Source: Octopus sinensis (Eukaryota). From it: DNA of 64,000 bases. This document shows positions 51,700-64,000 of this stretch, one piece after another. The stretch is taken from NCBI RefSeq assembly GCF_006345805.1, contig NC_043008.1, forward strand, positions 2,542,001 through 2,606,000. Reading direction: 5' to 3'. The position numbers and the translations under genes are program-made. The stretch's first letter is position 1. The number at the start of each line of letters is the position of its first letter. The notes under the pieces are model-generated. The model saw only the letters and a list, made by a program, of their open reading frames with translations, made no database searches and was not told the DNA's origin.

Positions 51700-53100
51700 C
51701 TCATATTTTCTTTAAAATGTACTATCCTCGTGAAAGTTTCTGTCTTGAAATACCTAAAATAAGTGTTGGCCCAGTAATGTTATTTTCTATTTACTTATCC
51801 CACACGGAGTAACCACTTCCAAAAGTGTAACCGTAATTTGATTGATGAATATTTCAGGAATAGTTGTTATAAATGTTACTTTCAACTGACGACCCCAGAG
51901 TATGTTTGTCAAGCAGACGGTGTCAATTGATATTGGAATTTTGTAGTCCGATTGAATTGCGATTAAGATTAATGTTTTTCCTTGTTGCTTCAGGAGCAGA
52001 TTATGACGTTTGTACAGATTGTATAGAGTGTCTGAAGGTTTTTGCCATTTTGTGCATCCTGTTTGCGTATTTCTATGTGATATTAACTCTAGTACTTCCT
52101 AGACTAAGTTGTTGTGTATGGTATCTAAAACATCTAAAACTGGATAGCGATTGGTAACAAAGTTAATTGTTTTTCCTCATCTACCAGTTTTCTTTTGGTA
52201 CTCATAGAATAATGCACATTACATGCTTTTGAATATATCTCTGCATAACCATTTTACCATAGTCTACTATCTTTCAATAGCAAATTTTGAGTCACCGCGC
52301 TTCTAAGATAGTGCTGTGGAATTTCTGTTTCTTTATTCAATTAAATATTCTGAGACGACATCCCAGAAGATTTTTCTTGCCACCAATTTTCGCTTCACTT
52401 CTGCCAACTCTAATTCTACTTCAGTATTTGTCATTTTTAATTCTTCTGTAGTTTACCTTTTGTTCTTGCAATTGTCTCTTACTTCAGACACTTTGTTTTA
52501 CTGTTTCCTCTTGCCTTCATTGAAGACTGAAAACGCTTTTATATCTTTCGTTTTTGGCTTTATTTAATTTCTATTGTATTAATGTCCAATTATCCTTCCT
52601 TCAATAGGGTACCAGAGACTATTTTACAAAAGCTTTCTCGTTGCATAAAATATCTATCTACATGTATAGATAAATATAATAGGTAAATATAGATAAATAT
52701 AATGTATCTGTTGTATACTTAACGGTATATACTTAATAGTGACTATTATTTTCCATTTTTTTCTTGTATTTGCGTCTAGACTTCATGTTTGATATAACGC
52801 ACAACTGAAACTATAAATATACCTATAATTTGTTACAGGAAGAACGTGAGTATTGTCGACATTCTTTTATTCTTCATTTCCTCGGTTTTACGTAGTAACC
52901 TAATAAATCTATAATTTTCTTTCTTAAACGTTTCTGCAATATAATGCACCCAGTCTAGTTCATTGGCTCCTAAGTATTTGAAAGAATTTTCATATCGATA
53001 ATTACTCAAATACTTTTAACCTTCGCTGGTTAATTTCTAGAAGTTTCCATTGGTGTATCTTATTTATCTTTTATCAATACCCCTTTATAGTCCCGCATTG
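51700..53100 (-). pseudogene. Highly decayed R4-like LINE, RT C-terminal/REL region
   Basis: SFKYLGANELDWVHY..FKKENYRFIRLL and a weak REL-like PEIFIN..LLEVVTP. Boundaries approximate. Confidence 0.3.
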
Positions 53101-53832
53101 CCTCTAGTATTTTCTTAACTTTAATATTACTTTTGTAGTTCTTGTTGTTCTAGCTATTTCCACATATCTCCATATTTCGGGAGTGTGCTTGATTCTTTCG
53201 CATGTTAATTATAGTCACAATTGATGTTTGCATTAAGGTAATCATGAGTTACATTTTTTTGTTGGATGGTTATTCTATCGACGAAATGTTTCATATGTTA
53301 AGGTGTTTTATTGGCTATATTTTGTTTTTATTGAAATAAATGTTTATTACTTTACATTTTCCATACGTTTCTTTTCGCAAGCTTTCGTCTTTTCCATGGC
53401 ATAAATTCTAATCACTTATTCATTTCTATGGATTTGTCATTCAGGAATTTTGCCTTGGTTACGTCTCTGTGAAGTTGCCATTCCTTGTTTTGACTTCATT
53501 ACCTATAGTAGTTTCGAAACACACTCACACACACTTGTATATAGCTACAACTGTGTATCTAAATATATCTATCACTGTAACTATTTATATTTGACTCTCT
53601 TTCTCTCTTTCCTTCTCTCTCACCCAACATTTATACATCGTCGACGATGGGAAGGATGGCTTCCCTTTGCAAATACTGATAGGGAACAGAAAGTGTGTCA
53701 ATAGCCAGCTGGAGAAGGTGTCCTCCTGGGGCTACAAGCTACAGTAGCATCCACACCAATTGGTTAGCCACATTTAAGTGGCAAATATATTTCACATTGT
53801 CGTGCACCTACTGTTTATACCTCGTTCAGAGA

Positions 53833-53863
<31 letters not shown>

Positions 53864-56800
53864 GATATATATACATAAACACAGACACAGACAGACGCAT
53901 ATACACACGCACACTCATATATACAAAATACATATAATTACTCCACATAGAAATGAATCTAGATAAGTCGAAATTTGTAATACGTTTCTTGCTGACAGAT
54001 TTTGTGTATCTTCATTTATTAGCAGCAGATCAGTTACGTATACCATCTCTAATAAAAACAATGTTATCAGTGAATATAAGGAGAGGCTGATCCTTGGTGA
54101 CCTTTCATCGCTCATTAATGTGACATAGCCCGAGTTCAAAAATTGCATCAGTTGCATCAATTTGAAACCTGATTTCGTGCACGAGTTAATCTCACGCTTT
54201 CATCATTATCATAGGATTTTGTCAACATGCGACCTATTTCTCGATAACCGTTGGTCAACTCGTCAACATAAAACTAATGCTACTAGATACATCTTTCAAG
54301 TTTTTGTTATAGACATGCACGTACGCAAAAAAATACACACAAATTTTCAAAATATTCTGGTGAGAGTCGTGTAGCTTTTCTCACGTCGATAAAGTCATGC
54401 GAAATTACACAGAAAATTGTGAGGTAAATCACTTTATGGTGCAAATCTAGAATAATGAATGTACAAAATAAAGAATGTACGTGAAAATGAAAAGTATAGA
54501 TACCCTCAAGTTTCTGATTATAACATTGTCAATGACAACAATTTGAAAAGAATAAAACCGTTTTCGAATTAGAATACTGTATTTCAATAGTGCACTCTTT
54601 CCTGTGTATTCGTACCTTACACCATATATTTATTTATTTTTTATACCTGAAAAGGTTAGAAACCTTACTGTTTTTTTTTGTTTTCGCTAATATATTTATG
54701 ACTATCTATTCACGTTAATTTCTTGGTTTTTGCATCGTTTCATACTCATGCGCTTTTGCTACCAATGCATTCCTCCTTAAGACTCATTTGTGTCTCTCTT
54801 TATGTCTTTAATTTTTTCCGCTTTATATCTGTGATTTTGTATCTAACCATCAGTAACCGTATGTGTGCGTAGATATATCTGCGGGTATATGTGCATGTTA
54901 GTTTCCTCATGCGTATGTGTATGTGTATAATGCTCTCGGTTGGTTCTGTTTATTTACACAGTTATTCGTCTACATAAACCAATGTGTCTGACTGTTAATC
55001 CCTATATATTTAAAATTATTGATTCATACACATGCCTTTATTATGTGTATGTACAAGAACCATATCTCAGGAAACAAGTATTTTTATTTCTTAAAGTTGC
55101 ATTTGTATTTTTGATATCTTATATTATCATACATTGATATTTCTCCAAGCCACTTCATTATAGATTATATTCAATTATCCCTTTGGCCTCTCAGATTTAT
55201 GATAACGTGCAATGGACAGAAACTCTCTCATTAGGCCTGTTCATTAGTAACTGACATAAACTTGCCAGTAATTTTCCTCTCATCAGCTGCAATATTAACT
55301 ATTTCGTCCTCACCGTCGCATTAACCTTTTCAGGACCCTTGCATATAATTCTTTGAAATCTAGCTTGAATAGTAATCAACGCATTATTTAAAACGGTAAG
55401 AAGTTTTAGGAAGTGTGTCTCTTAGACAACATCCCCTTAAGCATGAGAACCTAGTAATGGAATATAATATTCTCAATTTATACATGCCCTGAAGGAATTT
55501 TGCGTCGGGGTATTTGTAATGGTTGGCCTACTCTTTAACTTCAGTTACATGTGAGGTAGCTAGGAACGAGAGAGTGAGAAGGAAACTTAATATCATATTC
55601 AATGTAAAATTGGCATAAACAGGATTACAAATAACCCAACAATATTATACTTTTTTTTACTGTATTATTTATTTTAGCCTGGTATCATTCCCTTGCTTAG
55701 TATCAATAAATCTCTCGATTTAGGCATTGAATTAATTTCTCAAAATATATTTTGTACCTATGTCACCCTTATGATATAACATGCTTTTAATAAAAATAAC
55801 TTTCTATCAAATTAAATTTCCGTCCTTTTCTTAAACTACTTCGAGTGTTTCTATAATAATATTCTCTGTAACTATAAACAATTGCAAGTGTTGTGCATTG
55901 TCTACAACAGAATTTAAGCCAGGAATATATATTTTAGGTTAATATTTTTAGTACATAGAGAGACTTTATTAACTCTAAAGCTAGCTATTTCTTCATCATC
56001 AGTCATCATAGATTTCAACAACTTCAAGTGTATTGTCGAATGCAACGTCTAGGTTATGTTTTATCGTGGGTGTCTGGTGGTTACTCGACCAAAAATATTT
56101 CTATTCTTAACATCATTGAGAGCGTCTAAATGAAGGTCAAGTCTCACATTGTTTGGCACCAGTGTCATCGTTGATGTAACCTTTATAGCGCAAAGTGAAA
56201 ATGACCGCTATTGATATCGGGAGACATTACACTTAACAACCATGGCCTACTAATCCATTGACATATATTGCGAAATTATTTATCGATGTCTGAAATAGAA
56301 GTAAACGGGAAATTATGAGATTTCAATTCAGAACGTAATGATTCTAAAACGAAATAAACTCATCCTCAAGGTTTAATGGCTCTGCAATTTCGCATCCTGA
56401 GTATAAAGTCATTCTGCATGTATGTACAAGATGAGTTATAAGATATTTGATGTCAGAAGTTAAATCAATGAATTATTTGTGTTGAAGTAAATAGTGTTGA
56501 AAATTTAAATTTGAAACAAGCTTAATATTCCAAAAGGCATAATAATCTACATAACAATAACACGCAGTAGAAATTGAAGCATTGTATTGAATGGGATTCC
56601 TAGCAGATGTAAATTCAAATTATCTAAGGCAGCGTTTCCGATAATTTAATATCGCAACCGGTGATTGGCAAATCAATATTCTCTCTCTACTGCTATCATT
56701 TTTATCGTATATAAATTTCTCCAAAAGGCAACACAGAACTTGCTGTTGTGGATCTGCTGAGTCAAATCTAGTATTATTTAGTAAAATTGATTGCCATGTG

Positions 56801-59800
56801 CGAAATATTTAGATTTGAGAACGACCTTACAATGCGCTTTCCTGTTCCAGTTGAGTTTTCTACTTCGAATTCCTTATATCGTACCACCTACTTATCAAAT
56901 CACAGTAGCTCTCTGAACGTCAAGCGGTAGCTCGAAACAGAAACTATGCGGCGAAAAGAAACACACAAGAAACAAAAGAACAACCAAAATATAGTAGGGA
57001 ACGGGAATTACCATCTAACATAAGCTGCAGGTTCAATCTACTTCTGTATGAAATCTTCTGCCTATATATTTCTGCGCCAGTGTACAAGATTATATATCAC
57101 CAATCATACTCCTACACATGGCAGCAAATAACGATCATATGCATTACCATGCAATTTTATTCAATTTTCATATCATCTACATTATAAGCTTAACCAAATA
57201 GCTTTAATTTCCAATTTCAGCGACTAGAATGTCTCTTTGACTATTCTTTTTCCGTAATACACATAATTCTGCTAGATTAATTTGATTCAATTATTATTAT
57301 TTTTATATGTTCTTTTTTTTTTCGAGAATATCTCGTTTTGTCTGACGTCAATTTTACCTTCTCTACTTTACACTGTTTTTTTTTTTTGTATGAATGGTCA
57401 GTGATACTAATTCATTCTGACAGAAATAGGTTTCTACTATAAATAACATTACAGTAAATTTGCAATTTTAATGACCAATGAGGTCAATCGGATTCCAAAT
57501 GTAGCTACAATTTTGAATATATCGTATTTCTTTAATATTTTGATTATCTTTTGCTCCCATCTTTTGTATTCGATCATCGCGGGTGATATGTTAGGAATTT
57601 ATCCTAGATACTAACGATTTCGCTTACCTACATCCAGCTGTGTGGGTAAAACCTTGAAGACATCTATATAGAAATGTAGGTAATTAATTCAAAGATTGTA
57701 ATATAATTCATCTTATATAAGTTGATTAGATACAAAAGGAATAGGACCCACAAAATAATTGTTGCAGAGAAAAATCATAAAGAAATCTTGAGACGTCTAA
57801 CTCTATATTCTCCGTTATGTCTTTATTACAATATAAACGTGAATGTTATATGACGTCATGATAAAGACATTCTAAAATGAATGTATAAAGGAATTGGATT
57901 ATTATACGGGTAGCAGTACATAGTATATCTTAAACAATAAAAGGAAATATTCTCTTCGTTGGTGTAGGATAAAATATTGCATCGAATAGGGTAATTGAGT
58001 TAGTGGCATACTAAATGTATGCCGCTTCATATGCATTACCTAAACTGATTTTGGTATATAATAGTTAATGAATATTACATGATTAAAAATATGCTAAAAT
58101 AAGGTTTCCTATATCCAGTAAATTATATAAAAAAGACCTTACAAAAGAAATAATTTATAAATTACAAATGCAAATGCTAGGAAAGTATATGAACGGATAT
58201 ACAAATGTATAAACACATTATAAAGCATAATGTGTAATTATAATATAAAATATGATATTGTATTATACATTGAGTTTTATGCAAACAAATTATAAAGACT
58301 TTATAAGTTATGGAAGCTACACAAACGTACAAGAGTGTATATAAATACATAAATTTAATAATACAAAATATATAAAAAATATACTATATTTCTTTAGAGA
58401 ATGATATAAAAAGTATAACAGAAATAAGGATAAGTCAAAATAGAATAAAATAAGGATAATTTTCTAAATTATGATATAAATAATATTGGTATATTGAAAA
58501 GAACTCTTAGATGTGTTATTATTATAAATACCATAAAACATTTTAAAATATATATATATTAATTTAAAAAATAAAATTAAAGATACCTTAGGAAATGGGT
58601 TTGTAAAATATTTCTAAATCTCATCAAAGACGCTGCTCTAGGCCGAATAATAACATACCTCAGGGAAGTGAAAGATTTACTAATCCATTGTAAACTTATA
58701 TTATATGATGGAAGGGAATTCCAATATTCAAGGGGTAAATATATAATATTATTATTGAAAGATTACATGTGAAACGTGTTAAGGGTTATTAGCAAGAAAT
58801 ACTACGTAGATTTCCGAGAAAATAGAGCGTACGGTATGAACGATATGACAACCCGCATAACTCGTGCTACCAAATCAAAGTACGATACATTTATTCTTAC
58901 CTGTTTCTAAAGTATTTAAAGGTTGGGGTAATACTATGAACACATGATATTCAAAGAAATAAGTTAATATTAATTAGGTTTCGTTTATTTCTATATTTAA
59001 GTATTTCATATATTTCCTTACAAAAACTCATTTGGCTAAATTTGGACATATGACAGTTGCATATAATAGCAACGATATATGTGTGTGTGTGTGTGTGTGT
59101 GTGTTATATTATATGTGCGCGCACGTATACGCCCTTACATAGGTGTGTTTGTCTTTATGCGTGTGTGTTGGCTCTAAATATTTAAGATGAAATTTTGTGT
59201 AATATTATTCCAGTAAATTTATGGTATGATTTGCCGCCAAAAACGTTAAAGTCAACAACATCAACCCTTGTAGTGTGTCAAGTATGCTCCACATTCTCCA
59301 ATTTCCCCTAAATTTTTCAACTTGGATGTGATTTTCTGGAGAGTCGGCTACATTACCGGGCATTAAAAGAGAGCACCTAATAATGTTTGATTTAAAAGCC
59401 TATTTTAGAAGTTGATTATAGAAACTTATTTGATCAGTAATTTAAACGCTGACCTGTACCGATTAGGCCACACGAAACATAACAGATACGTAATTCAAAA
59501 TATATCTCTAAAGGATTATGATGAATCTTAGTCGGGCATTCCCGCATTGCAATACTTTAGCTAGCTTATCTTTCCTTATAATCTGCTATAAACATTTTAC
59601 AGCAGCTATTAATTCTATCTTATTTTTAGTGTTCACTCATCACGCGTGACTATCTTTAAATCTCATTCATTACAAAGGAATACCCATTCCTTAAAGCTTT
59701 CTCTTTCTCATATAACTCGGTTCCTCTCTGTCTTTATTTAATTGAAACTTATATTCGTTCCTGCAACATTGCTTTTAAGTGCATGCTTTCGATAATATTG

Positions 59801-60807
59801 CACTCTTGCGTATAATTTATCAAACCATTATTTATAAACTATTCTACCTCGTCTTGTAACAATAGATTGGTTCTGTTCACTCCAAAATCTTTATAAATAC
59901 ATTTCTTCTTTCTTACAGAACACTTAAAGCGAACAATTTCTCGTTTTCAAAACGCTTATGAATTTTCAATTTGGAAGGTTTCAGACGATTTTAAACTTTG
60001 TTTATGAGTAAATAATATCAGTACGGCCATTAACCTTGTTAGAACTATCAAATGAATATATCCAAGTTTGTGTCTCACAGACTTAAAATAAAATAATGCT
60101 TAGCAGATAGTTACATAATTTTTAGTTATATTACATTCAGAAAAATAGAGTGGTTGATTATTGCTGGGATACCTTGAGAAAAAATATGTTGATTGAAAAT
60201 AATCTGGAGCGCAACACAAACGATAACAATGTTTTAAATTACCATACCTCAAAATATCCATTTACTGCAAATATGGAGATAATTATGACCGACATGGGAA
60301 ACGTGGTCATGGCAATACACAAGGATGCTGATAATACATTTCTTCTAAATACCACTATCTGTTAATGTCTAAGTTAATTAACTCTCCACTATACTCACAT
60401 CTGAAAGAAGAATAAGTAGTATAAGGTGATATGTATTTTTTAAAATACTAAATTGAAGTTTTTGGTAAGAAGTTTATCTCCTCTTGCGGGTATGGAGATG
60501 CATGGAAATCACAGCAATAACTAGATACTGACGAATATTTTTAATACATCTATTAGCAATATAATTAAATTCTAAATTTGACTCTCAGCAACGGGTGTGT
60601 CCCTTGTTATCGTGTATAACATCATATTTATCTTTCATCTCACATCCCTTTAAGTATATTTGTCCAAAAGAAACAAGACCTTCGGGATATCCTAGTAACA
60701 CCAACCTTGTAATGGCATAAACATATCACACACACACCCACACATACACCACTACGCCTATCACACACGCATGCATACACGCGCACACACACACACACAG
60801 ACACACA

Positions 60808-60940
<133 letters not shown>

Positions 60941-60946
60941 TATATA

Positions 60947-61100
60947 CGACGGGCCTCTTTCAGTTTCCGTCTACCAAATCCACTCACAAGGCTTTGGTCC
61001 GCTCGAGGAAATAGTAAAGCACTCTTGCCCTAGGTGCCACGCAGTGGGACTGAACCCAGAGCCATGCGGTTGATAAGTAAGTTACTTACCACACATCCAC
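60947..61100 (-). mobile_element. SINE family A, 5' (tRNA-like) portion
   Basis: acgacgggcctctttcagtttccgtctacc...agtgggactgaacccagagccatgcgg. Confidence 0.75.
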
Positions 61101-61211
61101 TCCTCTGTCTATTATATGTATTATATATATTACACATAAACACTCGTATATATGCATATGTATACAAACACATACGCACACACGTATGTATATATATATA
61201 TATATATATAT

Positions 61212-63834
61212 TTTCACATTTTAATGATGGGAGATTTCAACCTTCCCGGGGTTGACTGGTCTACAAACAGTCTGCCACCAGGTTCTTCTCTCTCAACCCC
61301 TGACAGGGAGGCAGTGGAATCGCTTCTTGACTTCATGGATGACTTCTTCTTGTCCCAACTGGTACTCGAACCAACGAGATGTCACAAAAACGTCTTAGAC
61401 TTAATTTTCAGCAATCACACTGATACTATCCACAATATTGCAGTGGAGAAAACCCTACTCTCCGACCATGACATAGTTCTCTGTGATCTGAGATTTCACT
61501 GGCCAAAATGCAAAACAAATGTCATCCCTCCTGTTCATCCATTTGACACTATGGATTTCCACAATGCAAACTGGGAAGCGATCAATAATGATCTTGCACA
61601 AGTCGATTGGTCCTTCACGCACACATACACACCCACTAACATCAAAAAGTCCTGGCAGTCACTTGTAGACACCATCACGGACATATGTGCAAGACACACC
61701 CCATTAAGATCTGCAAACAAATCTAAGTGTCGAATCCCTAGAAATAGAAAATCTCTCATAAGGAAAATTAAAAGAATCAACAAAAAGATCAACATGCTGA
61801 AATACTGTGAACAGCAACACACCAACCTGACTGCCATCTCGTCGCTAGAGATTAAAAAACATAAACTCCAAAACAACATGATGTCTATCATCAATAGTCA
61901 GCGAAGAGCTGAAGAGGCCTGGGCCATTGAGAAGATCAAACTCAATCCCAAAGTGTTCTTTTCATTTGCAAAAAAACACAGAGTCACTGGTTCTACTGTT
62001 GGCCCTCTGATTGATGAAAATGGTACTCTTCAAGACAATGCCAAAACCATGGGAGAAATATTGCAGAAACAATATTGCTCTGTTTTCAGCAATCCTGATA
62101 TGACTGATCTGGGCTGTATCAGTGATGTTACTCCCCAATACACTTTATCGGACATAACATTTGGCGCTCCTGATGTCTTAGCAGCAATAAAGGAAATGAA
62201 GCATAATTCAGCAGTAGGTCCCGATAGGTTCCCTGCTTGTGTCTTGAAGATGTGTCAAAACCAACTTGCACCCCCTCTAGCCAATCTGTGGCGGAACTCA
62301 TTGGATGCTGGATATATACCAGAAGACCTTCTATCCCAGTCTGTTGTCCCAGTTTTCAAAAAAGGAAACAAATCGCTTGCCGTGAATTACCGTCCAATCT
62401 CACTCACCTCTCATATCATCAAGGTATTTGAGAGGGTGCTGAGATCGCGTATGACTCACTTCCTTGAGAGTCATAATATGCTGAACCCCAACCAGCATGG
62501 ATTCCGTAATGGGAGAGATTGCTTGACGCAGCTACTGCATCATTTTGATGACATTTTGAGAGCCTTGGGAGAGGGTTCCAACACTGATGTCATCTACCTT
62601 GATTTCAGCAAGGCCTTTGACAGGGTTGATCATAAGATCCTTCTGAGAAAGCTGTCCAATATTGGTGTCACTGGAAAGCTGCTGCAATGGATCAAGTGCT
62701 TCCTCTCTAACAGAACCCAACATGTTGTAGTCGAAGGAGTCAAATCCAGCCCAGCCAAAGTCAGCAGTGGTGTCCCACAAGGCACTGTGTTGGGCCACTT
62801 CTCTTCATCATCTACATAAATGATATTACTGACACCATCAAACACAGCAACATCAGAACCTTCGCTGATGATTCCAAGCTCCAGAAGGTCATCAATGGCG
62901 TGGATGACCGAATAAACCTTCAGTCAGACCTACTGGCTGTTGTCCAATGGGCGGAAAAGAATAACATGTTGCTAAATGAAGACAAATTCGAACTGATCCA
63001 CTTTGGAAGGGAGGACGCTCTGAAACTCCCATACTCTCTTCCTTCTGGAGAAATTCTCATGGCATCCAACAACATCAGAGACCTGGGAGTAACAGTGGAC
63101 AACAACATAAGCTGGGCTACACATATAAGCAGCAAAGTTGACATGGCCCGCAGAATGTGTTCCTGGATTCTCAGAACCTTCCAGTCGAGAGATTCCCACG
63201 CTATTATCCTTCTCTTCTCCACTTTTGCCCGACCCCACCTTGAATACTGCTGTCCACTGTGGTCTCCCTACACAAAACAAAATATTATGAGAATTGAAGC
63301 TCTCCCAAAGGTCAATCACAAAAAAGATAGATGGCATGTCAGACCTTGACTACTGGGGTAGACTAGAGAAGCTGAAATTGTATTCACTCCAACGACGCCG
63401 TGAACGCTACATTATCTGTATGATGTGGAAAATATTCCATCAGCACTGTCCGAATGATGTTGGCATCACCTTCAAAATGCATCCAAGGCTTGGACCACGT
63501 GCCATCCGTCCACAACAAAAATCTAAATCGCATCACATAACGACAATACGGCACAACTATTTCACCTCAATTGGACCCGCTCTCTTCAACATTACACCAG
63601 GACACGTCAAAAAAGAAACTGACCACACAAAAGTCAAGAAGTCTTTGGACAAATTCCTTCAAACAGTACCGGACAAACCACCCACACCCGGATATGTCTC
63701 CGCAAACAATAACTCTCTGCTCGAATGGGCCTTGGTGCCCAAATCCTGAACTGAAAGACTTCGCCAGGTGGTGCTATTAAGTTAGACATGGCCTGGGCCA
63801 ATACTGGCCAAAAACCTTTCTAAGTTATTCTAAG

Positions 63835-63838
<4 letters not shown>
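61212..63838 (+). mobile_element. 5'-truncated CR1-group LINE: APE endonuclease C-terminus, complete RT domain, 3' UTR, (TTCTAAGTTA)-type tail
   Basis: MGDFNLP, NYRPISLT, YLDFSKAFDRVDH, SGVPQGTVLG, FADD and HLEYCCPLWSP motifs. Only two 1-nt frameshifts (about 62795 and about 63305) and no internal stop seen. Confidence 0.95.
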
Positions 63839-63869
<31 letters not shown>

Positions 63870-64000
63870 TATGTATGTATAAAGAATTAAACATGCACGT
63901 ATATATGTGTGTGTGTGTGGATCAATGTTCGTCGATGAAAGAAAGAGCTGTGAAATATTAACTACCATAGTTTGACAGTTTGACATCAAATATCTGTTGG

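Noticed and set aside
55270-55300. CTGATGAgagGAAA on the minus strand
   Set aside because: No room for stem II and no stem I/III partner.
60150-60365. Open frames on both strands near 60150-60365, and ORF 46593-46913
   Set aside because: Weak or conflicting splice signals and no recognisable homology.

Overview
Eukaryotic, very AT-rich, repeat-dominated DNA, most consistent with a coleoid cephalopod, probably Octopus (inferred from the recurring tRNA-derived SINEs and the density of (TA)n/(GT)n/(ATT)n microsatellites). No complete host gene, rRNA, tRNA or CRISPR array can be supported, and most ORF-track entries are microsatellite translations. Recognisable content: three CR1-group LINE fragments (one 2.6 kb, broken by only two frameshifts), a decayed mariner, a nest of R4/Dong-like LINE pieces around (ATT)n, many SINEs, MITEs/palindromes and two Penelope-like (GIY-YIG) remnants. 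The main unexplained signal is RNA structure. Two near-homogeneous tandem arrays (about 492-bp and about 477-bp units) each carry one type I hammerhead ribozyme (HHR) fold per unit, contain an inversion, and lie inside (TA)n tracts, which matches the retrozyme / Penelope pseudo-LTR architecture. Further unrelated HHR folds occur at 2488-2572 (in a fold-back) and 5356-5414 (just after the Penelope EN remnant), plus degenerate ones. An atypical HDV-like fold sits at the 5' end of an R4-like element. All folds were paired by eye; none has been computed or tested.
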